Positions 14,212 to 27,649 of a stretch of 64,000 nt of DNA are shown here, one piece after another. Below the pieces are notes generated by a model, which was not told the origin of the DNA, did no database searches, and saw only the letters and a list, made by a program, of their open reading frames with translations. Numbering within the stretch: the first letter of the stretch is position 1; every line of letters starts with the position of its first letter. A program made the translations under genes and the position numbers. This DNA is from Octopus vulgaris (lineage: Eukaryota): assembly GCA_951406725.2 (NCBI GenBank), contig OX597823.1:59210001-59274000 (forward strand), in the 5' to 3' direction.

Positions 14212-14394
14212 ATAAATGGAGTTAAACGCAGTTGTAATTCAAATTGTTTTACTTTCGACACATGTTTCGAAGATATCATTGGTATTATTCCAAATGAATA
14301 AAATTGTATAAAACAATGTAATCTTCTCTTCAGGGAAATGAAGAAATACATCGTCGGAGGCAAAAGAATTTGAATTGCACCTGCGTTTAACTCC

Positions 14395-14400
<6 letters not shown>
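14212..14400. mobile_element. Penelope-like fold-back remnant (~48-bp imperfect inverted arms) abutting (TA)n
   Basis: 'ataaatggagttaaacgcag..' (14212) versus '..ctgcgtttaactccatttat' (14400); hammerhead motif between the arms. Confidence 0.75.
14253..14338 (-). ncRNA. Type I hammerhead ribozyme motif
   Basis: Minus strand: tttcc CTGAAGA GAAGAT-(~46 nt)-ATCTTC GAAA catgt GTC gaaa; intact core, weak stem I. Confidence 0.75.
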
Positions 14401-14431
<31 letters not shown>

Positions 14432-14432
<1 letters not shown>

Positions 14433-15413
14433 TAGCTTAAGATGACCCGCTCTACGCACGGGTGAGGGTGTGGTTGTTACTTTCTGTTGCTTCCTTTCTG
14501 TTTCTTATCGCCACATTCTCCCTCTTTGTTCCTCTCTCCTTTCTCTCTCACTTTCCCACTCTCTTACCCTTCCTTTCTCTCGGACTTTTCCTCGCTTTCT
14601 TTTTCTCTCAATCTTTCTCTATCTCCCTCTCCCATTTATAAAAAAAAAAAAAAAGACCTTGGGTAAGTTGAGAAAGGAAATATTTTGAAAGATCAATCAT
14701 AAATAAAGGATTTCTTTGTTAAATTTAGTACTTATTTTGGGAATTTATCGACGATTGGCCATGCAAATGAAAGCTCTAAACACGGGCTACATGCAGCTTT
14801 AACTTTCTTTAAGAAAAAATGAAAATTGTAAACAATAAAAAATAAAAGGTAAAAATACGTAAAAATACGTAAAAAAGCGTTCCCATCCCAAAATGAGACA
14901 AATAACCAAGAAATCAAACAACATTTTCGCATTTCACCTTTATAGATAGTGATTACCGTCACTAATATCTAGGGGTTGATGATAATATATTTAGATTGAT
15001 TAGTAGGAATGTTTAAACTTTTGCGGGTGTCAACGCTTTCTCTCTATATAGATACAGACAGACGTACAGTGAGAGAGGTGGTGGGAGAAAGCGTGACAGA
15101 GAGACGAAGCTGTCAAACGTCGTTATAAAGAGACAGGGGAGAGAAGGAAGGAAAGAGAGAGACGGAGGAAGAGAGGGTGATATGCGAAAGCGAGAAAGGA
15201 CAAACACTTGTCAAAGTGTGGGTATTGTTGTCCTAGAAACCATAGGGGTTTCTAACCTAAGATAGGGGTTTCTAACCTAGTCCGTTCAATTCCTCAACTC
15301 TTTTTACATTTGCCTGTAAATTTTGGAGCCAATCCGACCCCATTTAGTGCCCCTTAACCCGTTCCAATCCGAAAATGAAACAAACTTTTTTGCATTTCAG
15401 CTTTATACATATA
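14432..15413 (-). mobile_element. Non-autonomous Helitron
   Basis: a|CTAG at 14432 with adjacent hairpin acccg..cgggt; the other end 'ttcagctttatacatataata' is a typical reverse-complemented Helitron 5' end (boundary approximate). Confidence 0.7.
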
Positions 15414-15449
15414 ATATATATATATATACATACATACTCTTTACTCTTT

Positions 15450-15853
15450 TATTCTTTTACTTGTTTCAGTCATTTGACTGCGGCCATGCTGGAGCACCGC
15501 CTTTTAGTCGAGCAAATCGACCCTGGGACTTATTCTTTGTAAGCCCAGTACTTACTCTATCGGTCTCTTTTGCGGAACCGCTAAGTGACGGGGACGTAAA
15601 CACACCAGCATCAGTTGTCAAGCAATGCTAGGGGGACAAACACAGACACACAAACATATACACACACACTTATATGTATATACATATATACGACAGTCTA
15701 CTTTCAGTTTCCGTCTACCAAATCCACTCACATGGCATTGGTCGGCCCGGGGCTATAGCAGAAGATACTTGCCCAAGATGTCACGCAGTGGGACTGAACC
15801 CGGAACCATGTGGTTGTTTAGCAAGCTACTTACCACACAGCCACTCCTGCGCC
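15450..15853 (-). mobile_element. tRNA-derived SINE family B (internal microsatellite)
   Basis: Minus strand ggcgcaggagTGGCTGTGTGG A-box and GGGTTCAGTCCC B-box; homologous to 21188, 30637 and 44249. Confidence 0.9.
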
Positions 15854-15856
15854 TAT

Positions 15857-15927
<71 letters not shown>

Positions 15928-15948
15928 TAGATAGAGAGAGAGAGAGAG

Positions 15949-16005
<57 letters not shown>

Positions 16006-16011
16006 TTCGAG

Positions 16012-16500
16012 ATTGGGGTTTTCCACTGCAAAGACTGAGCCTTTGTTTCGGGGTCATTGCCATAGACCCACGATACATTGCCCGTTATGACCGGTTTCAA
16101 AAAGTTTTCATCGTTCTCGACACAAGCAAGATCTTGTGCAACTGTAACTCAGTGCCCTTTTGGTCAGCTGAAAGCAGTTTTGGCGCAAACTTGGTAGACA
16201 TGATTCTTATACTCAAATCTCCAGTGATAATCGACTGAACTAATCTACACACCTTCTGATGATTCACGAATTGTGATTCGAAGAATCCCCCTCACAGCTG
16301 CACGCATATCTGTGATGTTTTCCTCAATTATTCTGGTTGCGGTCTCCCTGTACGTCGATATTGTATCGATTTATATCGATATTTTTTCGGCTACCTTGGA
16401 AACGTCTAAACCACTCGTACTCTTTTGTGCACCTCATACCCTCCTCTCCATATACTTTCTGTAATATTTCGTAGGATTCTGGGCAGTTATTGCCATGACA
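16012..16500 (-). pseudogene. Mariner transposase fragment
   Basis: ITGNVSWVYGNDPETKAQSLQWK matches the mariner ITGDESWVYxYDPETKxQSxQW motif; upstream boundary approximate. Confidence 0.85.
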
Positions 16501-18141
16501 ACTTTCTCTGTTATAGTCAATGCCACGATCACATGATTCTAAAAGTCACCCAACTACTATATGACCACTAATACTACAGTTAGTCACTCATCCCCTCTTA
16601 CTTCTAACATCATTTGCCTCAATATTTCATACTTAGAACATCCACTACTAAGACATTCAACATCATAACTAAAACTATTTAACAAACTCTTGCTGACTAA
16701 ATGTCAGAACAATCAACATAATTATTGCAAACATAATTCTTTCTGCTATAGCTGCAAGGCCTGAAATTGTATGTGAGGTTCACTTCGATAGTCGACTGAA
16801 TCGGTTCCAGTGCTCTACTCGAATGTGTTTCGTCGCTTCCGAAATGATGAATGGCAAACTCAACCAAAATCTACGACCATCATTAATTATTTCTAACAAA
16901 GGCAGTTGGGCACATAAACATGAGAACAAGACTATAATGGATGTGATCAACTAAATCTATTGATTGGTACTTTTTGTTAACACTAGAAGGACGGAAAGTA
17001 AAAATTGAGCTGAAAACATAAAGAGGTGTAACAAGTATTGCAAGGCGCATTGATCCTCATTACATTTAATACCCACAAATAACACTAACATATACAGAGG
17101 GTACATCAACGGAATAACTCTATTTGCTGGAAATACTAAGTAAATCTCACTGAAATCTCACCCTATATTTAGAAGGAAAGACGTCTTTAAATTACACAAC
17201 CCTGAATGCAATACATCTTTAAAAATCGACATGGGCATGGGGTGCCTTTGATATAAATTTGTTCTGTTGTAGATGAAATAAGGCTAATAAAAACAGTTAC
17301 AACAAGAATAAGTGATGCAGCCTCTACGCGGTTGCTTGGCTTGCTATAGCTGGGCACTCCGTCGGTTACGATGGCGTGCGTTCCAGTTGATTCGATTAAT
17401 AGAACAGTCTGCATGTACACTTAACGTGAACGTGGCTGAGCACTCCATAGGTACGCGTCATTGATGAGGAGATTCAGCATAACACACAGAATGTGTCAAG
17501 GTTAGCCCTTTGCATTACAGGTTCAACTCATTTTTGCCAGCTGGAGATTGGAGCAACCTGATATAAAATGTCTTGCTCAAGGACACAATGTGCCACTCTA
17601 AATCAAATTCATGGCCTTACAATCGTGAGCTGAACACCCCAACTACGAGCCTTCACTGACTTGCCATAGATAACAGCCAAACTTTGCTCAAGAGAAATCC
17701 GTTTGTCTTACAAACGAAGAAAGACCCATTTGATATTGCATTCTTAAATAAGCGTATCACACTGAAAAGTAAACTATAGTATGATTTCGGGTGGGATATC
17801 TTTAATCTAGATCAACACGGTCAGAGCTGAAGGACAGAAGTAAACAACAGCGTCAGCAAATGAAAAGCGTCTATATGGTCCTTCGACCAATTAAAAAACA
17901 AATTTTTTAAAAAACCTTCAAATAACAGCTCAAACCACACCGTAGAAGCCTATAAACGGAGACACTATTTCGGGCAGTCCTCCTAGAAAACCACTTACTG
18001 AAAAATAAGAGAACAGTTGATCGCGGTTAGAATCTCAACTCTATCAGAGATTCGTAGAGCTTGATTAACAAGAGGAGCAAAGACAATACAGTCACGATTA
18101 AGTGAAATTGGTCGGGTGTCTATAACCATGTCACAGTAACT

Positions 18142-18196
<55 letters not shown>

Positions 18197-19270
18197 CAAT
18201 AATGACTTTTTAATGGACTGAAGATGTTTAAATCCTGAGTTATATAATTCTTTATTAGGTGTCCTGTGACACAGAAAACTGTTTAACTTTGCGTTGTTGA
18301 TTGTAATCTATTGATCAAAAGTATCTGGGGGAAATGCAAACAGACGAAGACAGAACTGTCAGCTACATTGTTCGGTGTTCAGAATTTACAATAGAAACTT
18401 TCCCTTATTTTAAATTCCAACTGTCTACTGCCGAGAGATGACCACTCAATTCCCATGTCGTTGTTTCAATAGAATCTTCTTCCTTGCTGATCTTCGCCAA
18501 CATTAAGGAGACATTATAGACTTCTGGAACACATAAGCCGTCTGTGTTTGACAGCTCTCTTACTCTCAGTGTATCTCTTCCAATTTCTGCTTCCTTGCTC
18601 TACCCCATCGTCCTCACCCGCCTCATCTGTTCGTGATTCCTTCCCTCATCCTTTACCTCCTCTCTTCCCATCGCTTTCTCTATCTCTCTCTCTCTCTCTC
18701 ACACACACACATACACACAAACACACACACACTAAAAATTCTTACTGTTTCACAGAGGAGTACGAATGTTTGAGCAGGGATTTTACTTCCACCTAATGTC
18801 ATACGTACATATATATATAATATATATATATGTACACATACACATACACAGATTTATGTATGTATATATATATATATTTAATATATATATTTAATATATA
18901 TATATACATAGATACAGGTATATATACATATATATGTGTGTGTATAAATATATATACATACATATATGCACTATATAAACACATGCATTTTACAAATAAT
19001 GGATATGTACTATGTGTGTGTGTAGACATTCATTAGTGTGTGCATGTCTGTAAACTTATGCACAAATAATGTATGTATGTATGTATGTATGTATGTATGT
19101 ATATATGTATTACTGTAAAGAAAGAATCTCATTAGGAAGTTGGCAACTTTTGTTTCTGTGTTTTGCTTTCCTCCTAATGTCGATAGTAGTAACAATGTTG
19201 ATAGAGTGTTAGTTTTAAAGATTTATAATTGATAAAGTATTCACTCTGGCACTTTTAATAGTAATGACGA

Positions 19271-19314
<44 letters not shown>

Positions 19315-19555
19315 CTGCTGGTGCTGGTAGTGGTGGTGGGGAATATTCAGTGGCGGCAATTATAATATTGTATGAAGTTGCCACAATTCGCATGGCGTTG
19401 GTTTTCGCTTTGACATGTATAGTAATTCTGAACGTACTTGCAATGCTGTATTCTTGTTATTGTAGTTGTTTTGATCGCCAGACAGGGGAAAGACTGAGCA
19501 GGCACGTAATGAAAGGTGCTTCCTCTATGGCTATTCCACACTTTCTCTAAGTATT

Positions 19556-21097
19556 AGTTTCAAATTTTGACTCGTTACTACATCACAAGGGGCTAAACAC
19601 AAAGAGGGCGAACAAGGACGGACAAACGGATTAAGTCGATTATATCGACCACAGTGTGCAACTGGTACTTATTTAATCGACCCCGAATGGATGTAAGGCA
19701 AAGTCGACCTCGGTGGAATATGAACTTAGAACGTAGTGGCAGACGAAATACCTATTTCTTTATTACCCACAAGGGGCTAAACACAGAGGGGGCAAACAAG
19801 GACAGACATAGGTATTAAGTCGATTACACCGACCCCAGTGCGCAAATGGTACTTATTTAATCGACCCCGAAAGGATGAAAGGCAAAGTCGACCTCGGCGG
19901 AATTTGAACTCGCAACGTAATGACAGACGAAATACCTATTTCTTTATTACCCACAAGGGGCTAAACACAGAGGGGGACAAACAAGGACAGACATAGGTAT
20001 TAAGTCGATTACATCGACCCCAGTGTGTAACTGGTACTTAATTTATCGACCCCGAAAGGATGTAAGGCAAAGTCGACCTCGGCGGAATATGAACTTAGAA
20101 CGTAGTGGCAGACGAAATACCTATTTCTTTATTACCCACAAGGGGCTAAACACAGAGGGGGACAAACAAGGACAGACATAGGTATTAAGTCGATTACATC
20201 GACCCCAGTGTGTAACTGGTACTTAATTTATCGACCCCGAAAGGATGTAAGGCAAAGTCGACCTCGGCGGAATATGAACTTAAAACGTAGTGGCAGACGA
20301 AATACCTATTTCTTTATTACCCACAAGGGGCTAAACACAGAGGGGGACAAACAAGGACAGACATAGGTATTAAGTCGATTACATCGACCCCAGTGTGTAA
20401 CTGGTACTTAATTTATCGACCCCGAAAGGATGTAAGGCAAAGTCGACCTCGGCGGAATATGAACTTAAAACGTAGTGGCAGACGAAATACCTATTTCTTT
20501 ATTACCCACAAGGGGCTAAACACAGAGGGGGACAAACAAGGACAGACATAGGTATTAAGTCGATTACATCGACCCCAGTGTGTAACTGGTACTTAATTTA
20601 TCGACCCCGAAAGGATGTAAGGCAAAGTCGACCTCGGCGGAATATGAACTTAGAACGTAGTGGCAGACGAAATACCTATTTCTTTATTACCCACAAGGGG
20701 CTAAACACAGAGGGGGACAAACAAGGACAGACATAGGTATTAAGTCGATTACATCGACCCCAGTGTGCAACTGGTACTTAATTTATCGACCCCGAAAGGA
20801 TGTAAGGCAAAGTCGACCTCGGCGGAATTTGAACTCAGAACGTAACGGCAGACGAAATACCTATTTCTTTATTACCCACAAGGGGCTAAACACAGAGGGG
20901 GACAAACAAGGACAGACATAGGTATTAAGTCGATTACATCGACCCCAGTGTGCAACTGGTACTTAATTTATCGACCCCGAAAGGATGTAAGGCAAAGTCG
21001 ACCTCGGCGGAATTTGAACTCAGAACGTAACGGCAGACGAAATACCGCTAAGCATCTCGCCCGGCGTGCTAACGTTTCTGCCACCTCGCCGCCTTAT
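19556..21097 (-). mobile_element. SINE family A multimer: one head plus 8 tandem 184-185-bp body+tail units
   Basis: 'gacgaaatac' recurs at 19742, 19926, 20111, 20296, 20481, 20666, 20851 and 21036; head only at ~21045-21097; 13-bp TSD ttctctaagtatt at 19543-19555 and 21100-21112. Confidence 0.95.
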
Positions 21098-21187
21098 ACT
21101 TCTCTAAGTATTGACTATCTAAATATATCGTGTGATCACATACGGAATTCTTCATTTCTTGTCGTTATTGTTTTCGCGTATGTCTTA

Positions 21188-21357
21188 AGCGCAGACGTAG
21201 CTGTGTGGGAAGACGCTTGCTTCCTAACCACATAGTTCCGGGTTCAGTCCCACCGTATGGCACCTTGGGTAAGTATATTCTACTATAGCCTAGCAGTAAT
21301 CAAAGCTTTGCGTGTGGATTTGGTTGATGGAAAACTGAAAGACATCCGTCGTATATA

Positions 21358-21392
<35 letters not shown>

Positions 21393-21872
21393 TGTGCTTG
21401 TGTGCGTGCGAGCGCGTGTGTTTCCTGTCAAGGAGATCTTCTGATGTAATAATTACTCAACGGAGGTGCCCAGCTAGTTACTCATCAGGCCGAAGATGTA
21501 TGTATCTATGTATGTATGTATGTATGTATGTATGTATGTATGTATGCATGCATGTATGTATGTATGTGTGTATGTGTGTGTGTGTATGTATGTATGTATG
21601 TATGTATAAATATATAAACAGATAGATATACATGCCCGTATGTATGTGTGTGTCTGTGTGTCTTTGCGTCTGTGTTTGTTCCCATCACCGCTTGGCAACT
21701 GGTATTGGTTTGTTAACGTCCCCGGAACATAGCAGTTCGGCATAAGCGACCGATAAGATACGTACCAGAGTTTTAAAAAAGTACTGGGGTTGATTCGTTG
21801 GACTAAAAGTTCATCAAGCCAGTACCCCAGTATGGCTGCAATCTAATAAATAAAACAGGAAAAAGATAAAAA
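21188..21872 (+). mobile_element. SINE family B with expanded internal microsatellite
   Basis: Head with GGGTTCAGTCCC; 3' half 'aacgtccccggaacatagcagttcggc..cagtatggctgca'. Confidence 0.85.
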
Positions 21873-22078
21873 TTATTTAATAAGTGTTCCGACCGTGCCC
21901 ATCGTATCATTTTATTTATCTACTTAATTATTTTCGTCCGGTAACGTGTTCGTAGTAATACATTATTTATCTTATCCATGATGTTTTAAGGTTACTATTA
22001 TTACGGAGATGTTCTTGCATAGCAAGTGACTTGATCTGGGATCGTGTGCTAAAACAAAAACAATTGCAGCGTGGAAGA

Positions 22079-22314
22079 TGTTTGCAAGCCATTCAAGAAC
22101 ACACAAAAACCGTTATTTTCACTCCTACATTGAAATTTCATTTGTGTCAAAATATTTTCCTTAATCTGTTCACTGACTAAAGTTCGTGCTGCTCGAAGTT
22201 TTGTCAGTGAACGGGTCACGGTTTCAAAGCGACGAAACTATTTTGACACAAATGAAATTTAAATGTTGAAGTGAAACTAACGGTTTCTGTGTGTTCTTGA
22301 ATGGCTTACAAACA
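22079..22314. repeat. Fold-back element (~78-bp inverted arms plus inner hairpin)
   Basis: 'tgtttgcaagccattcaagaacacac..tgtgtcaaaata' versus 'tattttgacaca..gtgtgttcttgaatggcttacaaaca'; inner gttcactgac/gtcagtgaac. Confidence 0.85.
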
Positions 22315-23845
22315 AGATTATTATTGCTTGAAGAAAATGTGGACCAATTGTAACAGCCTCAGAGAAATTGCTGTGTGATATTTGGTCAGCCTCGCTATTA
22401 CCTGGTTTCAAATCTGGTTGAGGTCAATCAGAACGCTAGATATGTAGCATCTCGTTCAACTGCAGCGTCCTGAAACTTATGCCTACAATGAAACTTGGTG
22501 CCAAGATGTACTGGCCCAAGTTGGCCCCCTTTACTTTGGACAAACACCGATGGTGAGGAAAGAGGAGATTTACATGCAAGGGTAACTGCTAGACTTGCCC
22601 CCAAAATGTTCCCATGCCCGCACATACATGTATAGATGCATATGCTTATTGTTTTTCTTTTAATTGTTTCAGCCATTGGGTTGTGGTCATTCTGGAGCAT
22701 CACCTAGAAACATTTTTGCTCAATCATATAGACTCCAATATTTATTTGAACTCATTTTATTTGTCTCTTATTGCTGAACCGTTAAGTTACGGTAACACAA
22801 ACTACCGTCTGATGTCAAGCAATAAGAGATAAATGTGAATCAGTACTCCACAACATATTTTTCGCTTGCGGTTCACTTATATTCTTTTCAAGATGTACTG
22901 ATCCAAGTTGGCACCCTTTCTTTGGACAAACATCGATGGCCAGAAAAGAGGGGATTTACATGCACTACAAATATAACTAAAAGTATAGGGAAAAATAATT
23001 ATATTCAGGTTGCACTGCGGCACACCTAGCATCGTCTCGTGGCACACCAGTGTGCCGCAGCATACCACTTGCGAAGCACTGATATAAATAGACACAAGCA
23101 TGAACACATAGACCATAAGAATATATAAATAAATATACTCATACACACGTTCATGCACATATAAATGCACGCGCACACATGTGCGCACGCACACATACAC
23201 ACAAACACACAAACAAGCATACAAATATACACATATATATAAATAGAATCGCGCGTGCGCACACACTCATATATTTATCTATTATCTATCTATAAATATA
23301 TATATACACACACACACAAGCACACACAAACATATATATACATATATATACATACATATACATACATATATGTATATATATATATATACATATATATACA
23401 TACATATATGCATGTATATATATATGAGTGTGTGTGTGTGTGTTTGTGTATCTTACGATAAGTGTTTTCTTTTACACAGTTTCCTTCACTAATTTCCTAT
23501 TTGAGGCATTATTCGTTCAGGGACTACAGTAGAGGACACTTACTCAAAGTGCCACGCACTGATACCGAACTCGAAACTATGTGGTTGTGAGCCGACCTTA
23601 TTATCTACGCAACCACGAACGACGGAAGCCCTATTATCTTCAACGATCTACCAGTCTACCAGTCTACCATTCCTCTTCATTGCCCATATTAATCTCTTCG
23701 TCGTTAAAAGATGGAGGAAGTGTCACATCCTTGAATATTAATTTCGTGGACTGAGTACGAGGCGATTCGATCCGCTATTCCAGAGATTTGAACGTTGGAG
23801 GATTTTGCTGTTGTTTATACATCTGGTGTTCTCTTTTATGTTGTC

Positions 23846-24825
23846 CTAGCATTATGACCCGGCGTTGCCTGGTCATAGTGCTAGTTTGGTATAAATTTGT
23901 TAAATTTGTCGTAATAAAACATACAATGACATATTAAAAAGACGAATTAAAATTCCAGAGAAAAATACATAGAAGATAAATATACAAATTTACAAAAATA
24001 CATAAAAGTTCATCTACAGGCCGTTTCGGAGATGCATCAATTAATATGAAACATATTATATATTTAAAATTGACACTACCCTCGTCAGGATGTTTTTTAC
24101 ACACAACACATAGTACACGGAAACAAATGCACACTTACCTGCTACAAGCGAAAGACCAGACATTACCTGCTCCCAAAAATTTTCCTATATACTGAATGCT
24201 ACTTTATAAGCATATAATTCAATCTAGCAGCTATAGTAAATGGTATGAGCACATGTCCATCTGGACTAATTCACTTCTGCACTCAATTAAATTTTTCATC
24301 TTTTAATTTCTCCCATTCATGCAAAGCCACATATTCGAGTTCAAGTCCTTGATACATTTTATACTAATTGCTGTTTTTTCTTTTAATTGTTATATAACGA
24401 TTTAATTACCATTTTAATAAAATAAAATATATTTAATTACTACTTACTATATTTACTATATTTAACTCAATTGTTATTAATACCTCTAACTTTTATTGCA
24501 ATTTTTATTTCTAAATTTCTTATGAAACGTCGAGCGGATCTTATGCGTACAATATATTTTTATATGATGTTTATATATTTATATATTACTATATATTTCT
24601 AAACGTCGGGCTTTATGTCTGTTCTGTAGATATAAATGAATATATGAATATATGCATGTGTTTGATCTTTCTATGGATTTTGTAGTGCTTTTGTAGTTGC
24701 TGCTCGCTTTGCCTCCCCTCGGATTAAAAGGTGTATACAGCTCATTTGATTACTACTGTTCCAGTTTGTTATATATTTTGAGCGTTGTTGTCACTAACCA
24801 TCTCAAGATATAACTTTATATTTTG

Positions 24826-24870
<45 letters not shown>

Positions 24871-25073
24871 TATATACATACAATAGAGAGATGTTTTTGT
24901 TTCGCTTTTAACACGTAATACTGAAATAGTGGAGAAGATATGATACTGCTGTGGGCTCGCTCTAGGCAAGAAGTTAAACATTTTTTGCCCATGATACGAC
25001 ATGGACCCTAAGTAAGGCATGTGTAAAATTTGAATGAAACTGGTTCTGTAGTTATCAAGTTTTAGGGAAACAC

Positions 25074-25104
<31 letters not shown>

Positions 25105-25128
25105 CACATTCTCGGTTTTATATATAGA
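23846..25128 (-). mobile_element. Probable non-autonomous Helitron with internal Penelope-like fragment
   Basis: CTAG plus long hairpin at 23846-23884; 'cggttttatatataga|t' 5' end at 25128 with (GACA)n; that both ends belong to one element is inferred. Confidence 0.6.
24011..24092 (-). ncRNA. Type I hammerhead ribozyme motif
   Basis: Minus strand: CATC CTGACGA GG..gtgtcaatt-(AT-rich)-aattgatgc..CC GAAA cggcct GTA GATG; stem I catc/gatg, intact core, GUA site. Confidence 0.85.
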
Positions 25129-26086
25129 TTGATTTCCAGTTTTCAGGTTATGAAGACTTTAAATCGTCCTTAAGACTTTCTACCCTACACCGGTCGTTTC
25201 TGTTCCTTGCAGTAGTGAACAATGCCTAATCGTAGTTCATATGAAAATTTAAGTGAGCTGTATCATCGGAATATATATATATATATATGTGTGTGCCTTT
25301 GTGCGTGTGTGTGTGAGAGAGAGTGCGTGTGTGTTTGTGTGAGTGCGTGTGTGTGAGTGCGTGCGAGCGTACGTGTGTGTGTGTGTTTGTCCAAGTATTA
25401 ATACTGGTGACTTGTTGCGATAGACACTGTTTACCCATAACAGTCAACACATTACAGACTTGTCAGCTAAGGGTTTTCTAAGTTATGACTTCGCCCATAA
25501 TTATTATGGTGTGAATAATGATGATATGAATAATAACTACATCATCGGCAGGAAAGGTAACATACTGACAATAAAGAACATAACTCTTGAAAGCTTCAGT
25601 CATTTTGAGAATAACTTGTAAAAGTGAAAATCGCGAAATAAAAAATTTTGTTTGTCCATGAAAAATAAAAACAAGCAAAACTATGCAAAAGACACTCGTA
25701 AAAAAGCTATCAAGACATTCTAGCTCTTCAGCTATTCTGTAGAATCGAGGGGAAGGGTGACAGAGAGGCGGGTAGAGACGAGAGATCTTGAGTATAACAA
25801 AAAAAGAAAAAGAAAGAAATTATAAAAAAACACAACTTCAACGAGAGATAATACAAAACATTGGGTCAAAACAGTAAATACATTCTGGAAACGTAACTTT
25901 TTTACGGCTGCAAGCATTTAGGCTTTCTTCAAGATATAACTGTGGTGTTAGTGGTGGTAATGAAGATTATGATGATGAAGACGACGACAGGGATAACGGC
26001 GATAATACAAAATACACACCCATACACATACATACGTACATATATATACGTATGTATATATATATTATACATACAAACACTCATAC

Positions 26087-26149
<63 letters not shown>

Positions 26150-27276
26150 CACAAACGAAGAAACTACGCATTCTTTTGTTTGGGTGTTATCCTTCATTAT
26201 CAAAGACTATTCAAAGTTTACAACAATAATAAGTCTTCCCTTAAATCAATCATACTTTATCAAGATTTGCCTGATACATGTAAATAATATTTGTATTTAT
26301 ACGCTGAGTTTTCTACTACGCTAAACTTGATTATAAATTCTAGGCATAATCTGCAAATATGTCTTCCATCTAAATACAGAGACGTTATACCAAATAACAT
26401 TGGTATTTTGAACAGTTGTTGATAATCTTGACGCGAATATTCTAAGCAGAATTTTCATTATTTATTTGTGAATATGTTTTACTTATATATTTTTGTTGAT
26501 ATTATTTTATTAATTTTTATTCAGTAGTTTTCTTTTTTGCTTCCTTGTTGTTTGATCTTATTCTTCAATTGTTATTTATAATCTTATTTATCAATGAGAT
26601 GTCTTTGTAACACAATCATTCATTAAATCTGATGGAGATTTACCATTTTTAAATATACTCCAATGGATCTTTCTGGAACCTACAACTTCCTTAAGGAAGA
26701 AAGCAACAAAGATGTTCAGGCGCCATTTATATTTCTGTTTTGATTTGTTTTTAAAGTTTATTAACTTATATAAGGTTGGTGATTCAGCAAAATCCTTTAC
26801 ACTCTCTGTAAAAAGTGCTTTGCAGTATTTGTTCCGGTTCTTTGCATTGTGAGTTCAAATCAATCCAAGGTCAACATTGCTTTTCATCCGTCCAGGGCCA
26901 ATGAAATAAAGTATCAGTCAAAGTACTGTGGTCGGTATTATCGGCTAACCTGTTCCATCTAAAAATTGCTGACCTTGTGCATAAATCAGAAACACTTATT
27001 AACTAATTGCGTCTATTATATCACTGCACTATCCATTATTCATCTATGTTCGTATCTTTCTAACATATACCCTTCTATTTATCCGTCTAAATATCAATTT
27101 AATTTATCTCTCTACATTTCTTCATATCATCATCATCATCGTTTAACGTCCCTTTTCCATGCTAGCATGGGTTGGAAGGTTCGACGGGGGTCTGGGAATC
27201 CAGGAGGCTGCACCAGGCTCCAGTCTGATCTGGCAGTGTTTCTACAGCTGGATGTCCTTCCTAACGCCAACTCTCC

Positions 27277-27324
<48 letters not shown>

Positions 27325-27649
27325 ATATGTATGTATGCATGCATGTACATATATATTTATATATATTTATACACATGCATACATGCATACACACATTTAT
27401 GTCTAAGGGTGTGTTTTGGTAAATAAGGTTCATCCTAATACCTACAAACTTTGCATTTAACTAACGTCAACAATTATATTGTCAGTAAGTTTGAAATATG
27501 TATTTCATATTCCTCATTGTATCTCTCTTTGTCTCTCCCTCTCTCTCTACCTATCTATCTCTCTATCTATCTCAGTCTGAATTTCTACTAGTCTATGTGT
27601 ATGTATGTATGTATGTTTGTATGTATGTATGTATGTGTCTGTGTCTGGG

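Noticed and set aside
19350-19550. 66-aa hydrophobic ORF
   Set aside because: GTG start, no recognisable family or splice context.
19556-21097. CRISPR or retrozyme reading of the 185-bp array
   Set aside because: There are no unique spacers or cas genes, and I found no CUGANGA/GAAA hammerhead core in the unit on either strand.
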